Source: a virus (lineage: Duplodnaviria > Caudoviricetes). Taken from it: a stretch of DNA of 64,000 bases. Both the position numbers and the translations under genes were made by a program. Positions 1 to 8,199 of the stretch are shown piece by piece. How positions within the stretch are numbered: position 1 is the stretch's first letter; every line of letters begins with the position of its first letter. The notes beneath the pieces were generated by a model, which did not search any database, had not been told where the DNA came from, and saw only the letters and a list, made by a program, of their open reading frames with translations. The stretch is taken from the IMG/VR virus record IMGVR_UViG_3300033067_002132, positions 1 to 64,000 of that record; one strand, given 5' to 3'.

Positions 1-2
1 GT

Positions 3-1262
3 ATTTCACTTTTAGCTAAGTGGATTCCTTCTATTAATACTTCTAGTCGAGAAAGTGTTTCTCAAGCATATAAGATTGCCAATTATTTTAATTGGAACGC
101 AAAGAAATATCGAAAGACTATTTCAGGATTACGCAAATATCTTGATGTAGTAGAACGAAGAATGTGTTCCAAAGAATGGGAGGGTATTGATTTTAATATT
201 GTTCCTTCTAACGCTACCTTATTATATAAGGACGCATTTAAGAAACACGATCCTACTCGCTATGCTAAATGGCAAGCAGACGTTAAAAAGGGTAAGAACG
301 GCGCAAAAATTAATGCGTCTACCTTATATCCTTATGATATTGTAAGAGATATCCTAAGTTATTCAGGAAATAGCGAAACTTGCAATTTGCAATGGGCCGC
401 ATTACCAAATTATTTAAAGAATAATCCAGATGAAGGTTTAGTATTATGTGATACTTCCTCTTCTATGGAAAGTTCGTTTAATGGAAACGCAATTCCTATT
501 CATGTTTCTGTTTCTTTAGCTTTATATATTGCAGAAAGAATGAAGGGACCATTCAAAAATCAATTCATTACTTTTGCTGAAAAGCCTCAATTAATTACTA
601 TTTCAGGAAAGACGATTACTGAAAAAGTTAAAAATATTGCAAAGGCACCTTGGGGTGGAAATACTAATTTAATGGCTGTATTTAAGTTAATTCTTAATTC
701 TGCTATGACTTGGAATGTTCCTCAAGAAGAAATGCCAAAGATATTATATATTGTATCTGATATGGAATTCGATTCCGCTTGTAAGAGTAATTCATTAACT
801 AATTTCGAGGAAGCAAAGAGATTATTTAAGAATTCAGGATACGAATTACCAAAGGTTGTCTTTTGGCGCGTAAACGTTATCAAAGAACAACAACCTGTAA
901 CTTTAGCAGAAAAGAATACTGTTTTAGTATCTGGATGTTCACCATCCGTATTACAAACCGTTCTATCTAATAGAGTTGTAACGCCGTTCTCTATTATGTT
1001 AGAGAAGTTAAATTCAGAACGTTATAATCGAGTAACAACACTTGGTAGTTGGAAAAATGTAAATTTTCCTGTTACTGTAGAAGGTAATATCGAAAATGTA
1101 TTAGAAGATACTTTTAGTTGTTTTCGCGAACAAGCAAAAGAAAAGAAACAAAAAAAAGTACAAAGTGTTGCTAAGGAATCTTTTCCAAAAAATCTAAAGG
1201 TTAGAGATCTAAATGGTCGATATACTAAATTAGAAAAAGGAAAGATAGTTAAAATAGCTTAA
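3..1262 (+). CDS. Ro60/TROVE-like vWA protein (DUF2828/DUF7788-like), 5'-truncated by window edge
   Basis: Frame is open from position 3 (ISLLAKWIPS...). MIDAS-like DTSSSM, WGGNTN, SDMEFD, VFWRV and VSGCSPS motifs are typical of this family. Confidence 0.8.
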   Translation: MSLLAKWIPSINTSSRESVSQAYKIANYFNWNAKKYRKTISGLRKYLDVVERRMCSKEWEGIDFNIVPSNATLLYKDAFKKHDPTRYAKWQADVKKGKNGAKINASTLYPYDIVRDILSYSGNSETCNLQWAALPNYLKNNPDEGLVLCDTSSSMESSFNGNAIPIHVSVSLALYIAERMKGPFKNQFITFAEKPQLITISGKTITEKVKNIAKAPWGGNTNLMAVFKLILNSAMTWNVPQEEMPKILYIVSDMEFDSACKSNSLTNFEEAKRLFKNSGYELPKVVFWRVNVIKEQQPVTLAEKNTVLVSGCSPSVLQTVLSNRVVTPFSIMLEKLNSERYNRVTTLGSWKNVNFPVTVEGNIENVLEDTFSCFREQAKEKKQKKVQSVAKESFPKNLKVRDLNGRYTKLEKGKIVKIA

Positions 1263-1268
1263 AACAAT

Positions 1269-1298
1269 GTCCGCTCATTAATTTGGGCGGACTCTTTT
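1269..1298 (+). terminator. Intrinsic terminator
   Basis: GTCCGCTCA/TGGGCGGAC hairpin followed by a T-rich tract. Confidence 0.6.
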
Positions 1299-1308
1299 AT
1301 TTAAAATT

Positions 1309-1992
1309 ATGAAACCAAATTATGTAAGTATTAAAGTCTTATTAGATCGTTCCGGGTCAATGTCTACCTGTAAATCCGATATGGAGGGTGGATTTAATGA
1401 ATTTATTAAGAAACAAAAACAATCTAAAGTCGGCGAATTAGATGTTACATTAGTTAAATTTGATACAGAATATGAACTCGTCTATAGAAATTTAAAAATT
1501 GATGATGTTCCTGCTCTCGTATTAGAACCAAGAGGTAGTACCGATCTATATGGATCTTTAGGTAAACTTATTGATGATACTGGTATTGAACTTTTCGTAA
1601 AAGAAGAATATCAAAGACCGTCTAAGGTAATTTTTGTAATTATTACTGATGGAGAGCATAATACTAATCAAACGCATTATACTCCTGAAGTTATTAAAAA
1701 TAAAATAAAAGAACAGCGCGAAAAATATAATTGGGATTTTATCTTTTTGGGCGCAAATATTGATATTTGGGGAGTTGGCAAAGCTTTAGGTATTGATGCT
1801 AGTCAATCTTCTTCTTATGTTAGTAGAGGAAGAAATACGCAAAAATCAGTTGGTACTCTTTGGACAGGATTTTGTGATAAATTATATTCTGTTAGAAGTT
1901 TTGTGTCTGAAGGTGATTTAGATAAAGCAAAAATTGTTTATACTAAAACAGAACAAGAAGAACAAGAAAAATTAGCAGAATCTAGTAATTAG
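1309..1992 (+). CDS. vWA domain protein
   Basis: LLDRSGSM MIDAS, IITDGEHN, FIFLGAN. Confidence 0.85.
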   Translation: MKPNYVSIKVLLDRSGSMSTCKSDMEGGFNEFIKKQKQSKVGELDVTLVKFDTEYELVYRNLKIDDVPALVLEPRGSTDLYGSLGKLIDDTGIELFVKEEYQRPSKVIFVIITDGEHNTNQTHYTPEVIKNKIKEQREKYNWDFIFLGANIDIWGVGKALGIDASQSSSYVSRGRNTQKSVGTLWTGFCDKLYSVRSFVSEGDLDKAKIVYTKTEQEEQEKLAESSN

Positions 1993-2005
1993 TGTAATTA
2001 AGGGT

Positions 2006-2416
2006 GTGCAAACAAAATTTACACACCCTTTAATTTTAGAAGATAATGAAGATGAAACTTTTACTGTTGTAGAAGGGTTTACTTATGATATTGGTTATTT
2101 TGGCAGTAATTTAACGATAACGGTTCCCCCTGGAACAAGAACAGATTTTGCATCTATTCCTAAATTAGTGACCCCTATTTTTCCTAGATATGGAAAACAT
2201 ACAAAAGCAGCGGTTTTGCACGATTATTTATATAGTCTTTGTAGAGAAAAAGGATTTCCTCGCCGTTTAGCTGATTATTTTTTTCTTGAATCTATGGAAG
2301 TTTTAAATGTTCCTTGGATTAAAAGATATATATTCTATTTTTGTGTTAGAATTTTTGGATGGTTGGCTGTTAGAAAAAAAATAAACAAAGAATTAAAAAA
2401 ATTTGACAAAGACTAA
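2006..2416 (+). CDS. DUF1353 family protein
   Basis: VPPGTRTDFASIP, AAVLHDYLY, AD.FF.E.M motifs. Confidence 0.8.
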   Translation: MQTKFTHPLILEDNEDETFTVVEGFTYDIGYFGSNLTITVPPGTRTDFASIPKLVTPIFPRYGKHTKAAVLHDYLYSLCREKGFPRRLADYFFLESMEVLNVPWIKRYIFYFCVRIFGWLAVRKKINKELKKFDKD

Positions 2417-2447
2417 AATTGAGTGTAATATCTTACGAAGATTGATA

Positions 2448-2546
2448 ATGAATATGACTTATAAAACTGAACAATGGGCGCTCGCGGATAGTAATATTCG
2501 CCCGCACGGGTTTATATCATTATCTAATACAGGAGAAAAAGAGTAG
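2448..2546 (+). CDS. Putative 32-aa leader peptide (MNMTYKTEQWALADSNIRPHGFISLSNTGEKE)
   Basis: Short ORF downstream of TTGACA (2403). Its stop codon lies inside a 15-nt repeat that can compete with the terminator. Confidence 0.5.
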   Translation: MNMTYKTEQWALADSNIRPHGFISLSNTGEKE

Positions 2547-2571
2547 GGGAATTATTGTATTGTTCATATGT

Positions 2572-2608
2572 AACCCCCTAGCTCCCGAAAAAGAGTAGGG
2601 GGTTTTTT
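2572..2608 (+). terminator. Conditional terminator (attenuator)
   Basis: AACCCCCTAGCTC / GAGTAGGGGGTT hairpin + T tract; the 3' arm is duplicated upstream at 2535-2549. Confidence 0.7.
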
Positions 2609-2619
2609 ATTAAAAAATT

Positions 2620-2960
2620 TTTGAAAAGCGGCAAGCGGTGTTCTTTAAATGTACTAGAAATAGTAAACCGATAATAGAACAGAGTAGAGATATAGCGAAA
2701 TGGTTCGCAGAATCGGTAAATAGGGTTGGCCGAGCGGTAAGTAAAGTCCCTAGTTATCACCAACTCAGGTCATTTTGATGGCATTAGTTTTCCTATATAT
2801 AGGAGAACTATTTTTATATAAGATTTAAAATTAATTTCATTTAGATAAAGGCATAAGGTGTGGATCTTCATTTTCCACTAACTAATTGAAACAGATAGAC
2901 TATTAATCGAGATTACTCTTAATAGGAGGTTCCCTCAAACCGAAATCCTGAAAATCCATT
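2620..2960 (+). ncRNA. Unassigned, probably structured non-coding region
   Basis: No + strand ORF; several hairpins (TACTA-GAAA-TAGTA, GCGAA/TTCGC, TAGTTTTCCTA/TAGGAGAACTA, CTATTAA/TTAATAG); lies between the attenuator and the first tRNA. Confidence 0.35.
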
Positions 2961-2965
2961 TTTTT

Positions 2966-3042
2966 GCGTCAATCACCTAGTAGTCATGGTATCTCATTGC
3001 CAATGAGAAATAACGAGAGTGCAAACCTCTCTTGGCGCACCA
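2966..3042 (+). tRNA. tRNA-Gly(GCC)
   Basis: Cloverleaf; TCTCA-TTGCCAA-TGAGA; CCA encoded. Confidence 0.9.
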
Positions 3043-3049
3043 GATTTAT

Positions 3050-3140
3050 TGCCACCTACTCTAATTGGTAAGAGACAACGCTTTGAACGTTGTGTATGCA
3101 AGAAATTGTTATGAAGGTTCGAATCCTTCGGTGGCCGCCA
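3050..3140 (+). tRNA. tRNA-Gln(TTG) with long variable arm
   Basis: CAACG-CTTTGAA-CGTTG; 20-nt variable region; GAAGG-TTCGAAT-CCTTC; CCA. Confidence 0.8.
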
Positions 3141-3173
3141 ATTTGTTAACCAAGTACACTTATATATACTTTA

Positions 3174-3180
3174 AGTGTAA
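3174..3180 (+). promoter_or_regulatory. GTGTA late-promoter-like motif (representative copy)
   Basis: Recurs 5-15 nt upstream of start codons at about 15 loci. Confidence 0.6.
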
Positions 3181-3189
3181 TATGGTTAT

Positions 3190-3915
3190 ATGAGAAGATC
3201 AAAAATATATACTGTTTCAGACGAAGATTTTATTTTTTTAGTTAAAAATTCCAAGTCAATGTCTGAATTACTTTCTAAACTTATATTAGAAAATAAAGGT
3301 GGAAATTATTTAACAGTTAAAAGAAGGATTAAACAATTAAATATTAGTACCGAACATTTTTTATCTAGAACAAACGCTAGTCTTGCTGTAAATAAAATGA
3401 CGTTAGAAAAATTTTTAGAATTAATTAAAGGTAATTCAAAAATAAAAAGACATTCATTAAAAATATATTTATTACGTTTCAATTTAAAAGAATATAAATG
3501 TTTTATTTGTGAAAATGATGGATATTGGAATAATCAAAAATTAAGTTTACAATTAGATCATATTAATGGAAATAGTAATGATCATCGTTTAGATAATATA
3601 AGATTTTTATGTCCAAACTGTCATAGTCAAACAGATAATTTTGCGGGTAAAAAACGTAAAATTAGTAGAGAACCTTATAAATGTAAAAATTGTAATAAAA
3701 TTAAATTAAATAAAAGTCCGTTATGTATGGATTGTTTTATAATGGGAAAACATAATATTTTAAATATATCTGTAGATAATCTTTTAGAAAAAATTAAATT
3801 AAATTCTATGAGAGAGGTTTCAAGATTATTAAATATTCCTTATACAAGTTTAACAAGATTTTGTATTAAAAATAATATAGATTATAAAAATTTATGTCCA
3901 TCATTTCATGATTAA
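3190..3915 (+). CDS. HNH homing endonuclease
   Basis: LQLDHINGNSNDHRLDNIRFLCPNCHSQT. Confidence 0.9.
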   Translation: MRRSKIYTVSDEDFIFLVKNSKSMSELLSKLILENKGGNYLTVKRRIKQLNISTEHFLSRTNASLAVNKMTLEKFLELIKGNSKIKRHSLKIYLLRFNLKEYKCFICENDGYWNNQKLSLQLDHINGNSNDHRLDNIRFLCPNCHSQTDNFAGKKRKISREPYKCKNCNKIKLNKSPLCMDCFIMGKHNILNISVDNLLEKIKLNSMREVSRLLNIPYTSLTRFCIKNNIDYKNLCPSFHD

Positions 3916-3921
3916 AAAAGT

Positions 3922-3949
3922 TTGACAAAGAAGAAAAGAAATGTAAGAT
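3922..3949 (+). promoter_or_regulatory. Sigma70-like early promoter (representative copy)
   Basis: TTGACA-N16-TAAGAT; similar elements at 2403, 5352, 7340, 15747, 23027, 61074 and many others. Confidence 0.7.
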
Positions 3950-3957
3950 TCATATAT

Positions 3958-4046
3958 GCGCTTGTGGCGGAATAACAATACGCGACAGTCTTAGAAACTG
4001 TAGATAGAAATATCACCTGTAGGTGGAAATCCTACCAAGCGCACCA
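3958..4046 (+). tRNA. tRNA-Leu(TAG)
   Basis: ACAGT-CTTAGAA-ACTGT, long variable arm, CCA. Confidence 0.9.
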
Positions 4047-4058
4047 ATTTTCAATAAT

Positions 4059-4134
4059 GGGCGTGTAGACCAAAAGCAGAGTTAACAGACTTAAAATCTG
4101 TCAAGTGTCGGTGCAAGACCGGCCACGCCTACCA
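4059..4134 (+). tRNA. tRNA-Leu(TAA), short variable loop
   Basis: ACAGA-CTTAAAA-TCTGT, 5-nt variable loop, CCA. Confidence 0.85.
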
Positions 4135-4200
4135 AATTTAGTTTAGATAAAAAAGAGTTTGACGAAAAGACAAACCTTTGATAGTATAGATGAAGATTTA

Positions 4201-4310
4201 AAGATACGTACAGCAACAATACATTTAATGTATAGCTCAATTAGCTGAGCATTTGCCTATCAAGCAAACGATGTGGGTGCGATTCCCGCTACAATAAAAA
4301 ACGTATCTTG
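4201..4310 (+). ncRNA. ACAGCAA-stem RNA copy 1, carrying a tRNA body
   Basis: AAGATACGT(4201-4209)/ACGTATCTT(4301-4309) + ACAGCAA enclosing D arm, anticodon arm (loop CTATCAA) and T arm; no CCA. Confidence 0.75.
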
Positions 4311-4322
4311 TTATTTCACAAT

Positions 4323-4417
4323 TTGCGAGTGTTTGAAAGACCGCTTATAAACGTCAATCTTTCAAATTTGGGCGCAAGTGCCGCGAGCGTAATTCAGCGA
4401 ATAAGCACTACTCGCAA
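4323..4417 (+). ncRNA. Unknown three-way-junction RNA
   Basis: TTGCGAGT/ACTCGCAA closing stem with TTTGAAAGA/TCTTTCAAA and AGTGC/GCACT arms. Confidence 0.5.
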
Positions 4418-4427
4418 TTTAATTTAA

Positions 4428-4503
4428 GCCGTCGTGCCTCGACTAGTAAGGGGCTTGTTTTGTAAACAAGTTTATATAGGAGCATAACCTATCGGCGGCT
4501 CCA
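4428..4503 (+). tRNA. tRNA-Thr(TGT)
   Basis: CTTGT-TTTGTAA-ACAAG, CCA. Confidence 0.85.
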
Positions 4504-4508
4504 GTTTT

Positions 4509-4640
4509 TAGATCCGTACAGCAACGTTAATCCTTAATGGAAAAGCAATTAGCCTTGAAAGCTAAGTATCCTAGTTCAAATCTAGGTCTGGGGACCAATT
4601 TTATTTTCCCCCAGATATGCAAAATAAAAAACGGATCTAG
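4509..4640 (+). ncRNA. ACAGCAA-stem RNA copy 2, carrying a circularly permuted tRNA
   Basis: TAGATCCGT/ACGGATCTA + ACAGCAA; inside, a 3' tRNA part ending TCTGGGG-ACCA precedes its 5' acceptor strand CCCCAGA-TA-TGC. Confidence 0.75.
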
Positions 4641-5308
4641 TTCAATTTAGAATTAATAATATTAGTAATAATATCTAAAAAGTATTTAGCTTTTTCGATC
4701 TTAAAATAAGTAAATTTTGAAGAATCAATAATACATAATTCTATATTATTTTCTAGACATGCTTGAAATTTTCTAGAATCATTATTTTTGATTTGATCCA
4801 ATTTTTCTTTTCCAAAAATAGGTTCATAATGAAAAATACCATTTAGCTCAAAAGCAAGTTTTAAAGATGGAATATGAATATCTAATTCAGAATTTATAGC
4901 GTCTTTTTTATTAAAATGAAATTCTAAATGTGGGTATAACTTAATAAGTTCAGATTGTAAATATTTCTCTAATTTAGAGATACGAGTTCCTGTAGTTTTG
5001 TGAGTATTATGATAAGTAGCAGAACAAGATTGTGAGCAAAAAGATTTATTTGATTTAATTTGAGAAATAATACGACTAAATTCTGTTTGACAAACTTCAC
5101 ATTTTAAAGATCGAACATTTCTTTGACTATCTGTTAAACATTTTCTAGAACAATATTTCATAAAATATCTATTAGATTTATTATTTAAAGATCTTTTAAT
5201 ATATTTTTGCATTCTAAAAAATTTATTTTTACAAAATTCGCATTCTAAAGGCAATAACTCATTATACTTAAAATTATTTAAAGTATTTATATCAAATAGA
5301 GGTTTCAT
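4637..5308 (-). CDS. Zn-finger + PD-(D/E)XK (Vsr/DUF559-like) homing-type endonuclease
   Basis: CxxC/YCS repeats; ELDIHIP...AFELNGIFHY. Confidence 0.75.
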   Translation of the reverse strand: MKPLFDINTLNNFKYNELLPLECEFCKNKFFRMQKYIKRSLNNKSNRYFMKYCSRKCLTDSQRNVRSLKCEVCQTEFSRIISQIKSNKSFCSQSCSATYHNTHKTTGTRISKLEKYLQSELIKLYPHLEFHFNKKDAINSELDIHIPSLKLAFELNGIFHYEPIFGKEKLDQIKNNDSRKFQACLENNIELCIIDSSKFTYFKIEKAKYFLDIITNIINSKLN

Positions 5309-5386
5309 TAGTGGTATTTACACTTGTTTTCGAAAATAAGAATTTAAAAACTTGACAAAAATTAAAAAAGGATTAATATATAAACA

Positions 5387-5875
5387 ATGAACGCATACGA
5401 ACACGGTTATAAAGTACATGAAATTCTTAATACTGAAGTTTTTCCTTTATTAACACAAAGATTACCGCCCTTATTAGCGATTAATTTTTCTAATTATTTA
5501 GATGCATTTTTAGGTTATCCAAAATGTACAAATATTGCGGAACAAATATATTTTACTAATTCTACTCCGTTAATTTCTTTTGAATTCTTAAAGAGATTTA
5601 AAGATAAATGTATTGGATACTGCGGGAGTAATCCGGCCGATGTCGCGGCGATTGGACAAGTTAGAGCAATCTATCAATTAAGTCCGGATCTTCATATTCA
5701 AGTAGGAATAGGAATTTTTACGCATCCTGAAGGAATTCAAAAATTTTTAGTATATAATCTTTTCGCGATGACAAATTATGATTTGTATCATCAGTTTATG
5801 AAAGATAATAATGATTTAATAATTAAATCTGATCCTGTTGTAAAAACAAAAGCGGGCGTTGGATTTAATGGATAA
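5387..5875 (+). CDS. Hypothetical protein
   Basis: ORF directly after the TTGACA promoter at 5352. Confidence 0.6.
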   Translation: MNAYEHGYKVHEILNTEVFPLLTQRLPPLLAINFSNYLDAFLGYPKCTNIAEQIYFTNSTPLISFEFLKRFKDKCIGYCGSNPADVAAIGQVRAIYQLSPDLHIQVGIGIFTHPEGIQKFLVYNLFAMTNYDLYHQFMKDNNDLIIKSDPVVKTKAGVGFNG

Positions 5876-5885
5876 AAAGTTTTAC

Positions 5886-5964
5886 GGGGAATGGGACTGC
5901 TAGGAGTGGTCACTGAGCTTGCACCTCAGATTTCAGAAGAGTTCAAATCTCTTATTCTCCACCA
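5886..5964 (+). tRNA. tRNA-Ala(TGC)
   Basis: G3:U70, CTGAG-CTTGCAC-CTCAG, CCA. Confidence 0.9.
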
Positions 5965-6159
5965 ATTTTAAAATGTTATCACAAAAAGAATTCAACGACT
6001 TGACGCCATACCAAAGAGGGTATACAGTTTATCTATACGGCGCGAATCCCGAAGAACCGAATGTTCCTGATGAACAGAATCCTTATCCTAAAGATTCAAA
6101 TGAACATTTTGAATATCTTTGTGGCGCGGCCAAAGCGGTTTTAGAAGTTTTAGATATGG

Positions 6160-6690
6160 TTGAATAAAAATATGAATAATTTATCTTTAAAAGATCATAT
6201 TGATGAACCAATATTAAAATGTGTTGTTGGTTTAAATCTATTAGGAATTAAAACGGGAATGTCATGTTGTGGATTTGATTATGAGAATCCAAAAGTTCCT
6301 AAATCTCATTTAAAACCTTATATTTATATTATTAAAGAATCTTTAAATAATCCGCAAAAATGTCAAGATTTATTAGAAATAATGCATAAATCTTGTTGGT
6401 CGTTAAATGGTAATGTTGGACCTATTTTTTTTGATTTAATGTGTGATTCTTGGGATGAAAGACATCCTTGGTCTAAAAGAGATTCTATTCATAATTATGA
6501 AGTTCCAATAATAAAAATTCAATTTTTAGAAAATTCAATTAATGAAAAGGTTGTTTCTAAAGATTTTAATGAAGATTATTCAGTTTTAATAGAAGATGGT
6601 AATAAGTTATATTTAAAGCAATTTAGAAAATGGGTTTATAAACCCGCTTTAGATTGGAAAGTAACTTATGCAGAATATAAGAATTTATAG
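6160..6690 (+). CDS. Hypothetical protein
   Basis: IDEPI...LN..GIKT.MSCCG motif, common in phage proteins. Confidence 0.6.
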   Translation: MNKNMNNLSLKDHIDEPILKCVVGLNLLGIKTGMSCCGFDYENPKVPKSHLKPYIYIIKESLNNPQKCQDLLEIMHKSCWSLNGNVGPIFFDLMCDSWDERHPWSKRDSIHNYEVPIIKIQFLENSINEKVVSKDFNEDYSVLIEDGNKLYLKQFRKWVYKPALDWKVTYAEYKNL

Positions 6691-6694
6691 TTTT

Positions 6695-6820
6695 CGATTC
6701 CTCTATGAAGCAGGTCGTTTAGTAAAAGAAATAGCAGGATTTATTGCGACGACGGTAATAAACTGAAAATGCCAGAAGCTAACTATTGTGGAATCGCCCA
6801 TATGGTTCGAACCGTATGGG
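6695..6820 (+). ncRNA. Unknown structured RNA
   Basis: CGATTCC/GGAATCG long-range stem, internal TTTATTGC/GTAATAAA hairpin, then CCCATATGG-TTCGAA-CCGTATGGG. Confidence 0.5.
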
Positions 6821-6831
6821 GTTAATTTAAA

Positions 6832-6897
6832 AAGATCCGCACAGCAACAATAAAAATTATCACTCCATCATTACTGTGATAAGTAAAACGGATCTTG
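6832..6897 (+). ncRNA. ACAGCAA-stem RNA copy 3
   Basis: AAGATCCG/CGGATCTT + ACAGCAA enclosing a TTATCAC/GTGATAA hairpin. Confidence 0.7.
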
Positions 6898-6901
6898 TTT
6901 T

Positions 6902-6977
6902 CTCTACTAAGCTAATCTAGTGAAAGCGTTTCCCTGAAGAGGAAGAGAGTTTGGAGCGTAACCAAAAGTAGAGGCCA
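6902..6977 (+). tRNA. tRNA-Phe(GAA)
   Basis: CTCTACT/AGTAGAG, loop CTGAAGA, CCA. Confidence 0.8.
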
Positions 6978-6984
6978 ATTTAAT

Positions 6985-7060
6985 TCCAGAGTAGCACAAT
7001 TGGTAGTGCGCTCGGCTGTTAACCGAAAGGTTGTAGGATCGTACCCTACCTCTGGAGCCA
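6985..7060 (+). tRNA. tRNA-Asn(GTT)
   Basis: Cloverleaf, loop CTGTTAA, CCA. Confidence 0.9.
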
Positions 7061-7066
7061 ATTTAT

Positions 7067-7360
7067 ATGATTAAATATACATTAGAAAATCGACCAAATT
7101 TCGCATATGGTGATCAAGTTTTTGTAGATTGTAGATGCTTTGGAGACGATCTTTTATCAAGAGCTAAAAAGGGTAAAATTGTTGGTTTATCTACAAAAGG
7201 ATTAATTGATATATGGATGGTTGATTTTGGAGAAAAATTTTCTGAAGCATATCCATATAATGTAGTTGCCGTTCAACATACTTTTATTTGGAATAATGAA
7301 GAACGAAAATTAATAGAAAAAGAGAATTTAGAAAAGTATTTGACAGAAAGTAAAGTGTAA
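7067..7360 (+). CDS. Hypothetical protein
   Basis: ORF track; starts immediately after the tRNA. Confidence 0.55.
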   Translation: MIKYTLENRPNFAYGDQVFVDCRCFGDDLLSRAKKGKIVGLSTKGLIDIWMVDFGEKFSEAYPYNVVAVQHTFIWNNEERKLIEKENLEKYLTESKV

Positions 7361-7383
7361 GATAGTATAGAAGAAGATTTAAT

Positions 7384-7454
7384 GCGATAAGGCTGGGAAT
7401 GGTTTTCCGGAAACTTTCATAAGGTTTTGTAATCTGTTCGATTCAGATCTCGCT
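7384..7454 (+). pseudogene. tRNA-Met(CAT)-like, 3' acceptor strand damaged
   Basis: AAACT-TTCATAA-GGTTT and ATCTG-TTCGATT-CAGAT intact; 3' strand shortened, no CCA, overlapped by the end of the opposite-strand endonuclease gene. Confidence 0.65.
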
Positions 7455-8075
7455 TTTATCTTCTAATAAATCAATAATATATTTATTAAAATATTCTGTA
7501 AGAAATTTTTCAGTTAGTTTCTTAGATGTAAGATGACTTATATTTATAATTAATAAATTTATATTTTTTTGTTGTATTTCTAATTGTTTTAATAAGTCGT
7601 TATTTTGACATCTTTTTAATTTTTCTTGTCCATATATTGGAAAATAATGTACAGGACCATTTAATTCTATAGCAATCTTTTTAGAAGGAATATAAATGTC
7701 AAATTCTAAACTATTAGGTAAAGTATTTCTATCGTTTTCAATAATATGTAAAGAAGGAAAATCATTTTTTATTATATTTACTAATATTTTTTCAGCGCGA
7801 CTTTTGTTAATTCCAAATCTAGAAGATTTATTCCAGGTTCTATTTGCATAAGAAGCTTGACAAGATCTATTACAAAATTTTAAATTAGATTTACGCAAAG
7901 TTTTAGAAATATATTTTAAAGATTTTTTTGAGCAATTTGCACAAATAATCTCTGTTTTATTTATTGAATTATAATATTTAGTACAACATTGTTTGGAACA
8001 ATATTTAGTATGTTTTTGCAAAATTTTATTGCAAAATAAACAATTATATTTTTTTGTAATAATTATATTCTTCAT
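7443..8075 (-). CDS. Zn-finger + PD-(D/E)XK homing-type endonuclease
   Basis: LEFDIYIP...AIELNGPVHY; paralog of 4637-5308. Confidence 0.75.
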   Translation of the reverse strand: MKNIIITKKYNCLFCNKILQKHTKYCSKQCCTKYYNSINKTEIICANCSKKSLKYISKTLRKSNLKFCNRSCQASYANRTWNKSSRFGINKSRAEKILVNIIKNDFPSLHIIENDRNTLPNSLEFDIYIPSKKIAIELNGPVHYFPIYGQEKLKRCQNNDLLKQLEIQQKNINLLIINISHLTSKKLTEKFLTEYFNKYIIDLLEDKSEI

Positions 8076-8105
8076 ATAAAAGTATTTACACTAATTTATA
8101 AAAAT

Positions 8106-8194
8106 GGGATATAAGGCGAAGTGTCGAGCCACAACCCTGTCACGGTTGCATTTAGTAAAATAAATAGTGGGTGCGAGCCCCATATATCCCGCCA
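8106..8194 (+). tRNA. tRNA-Asp(GTC) with long variable region
   Basis: CAACC-CTGTCAC-GGTTG; ~18-nt variable region; CCA. Confidence 0.8.
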
Positions 8195-8199
8195 ATTTT

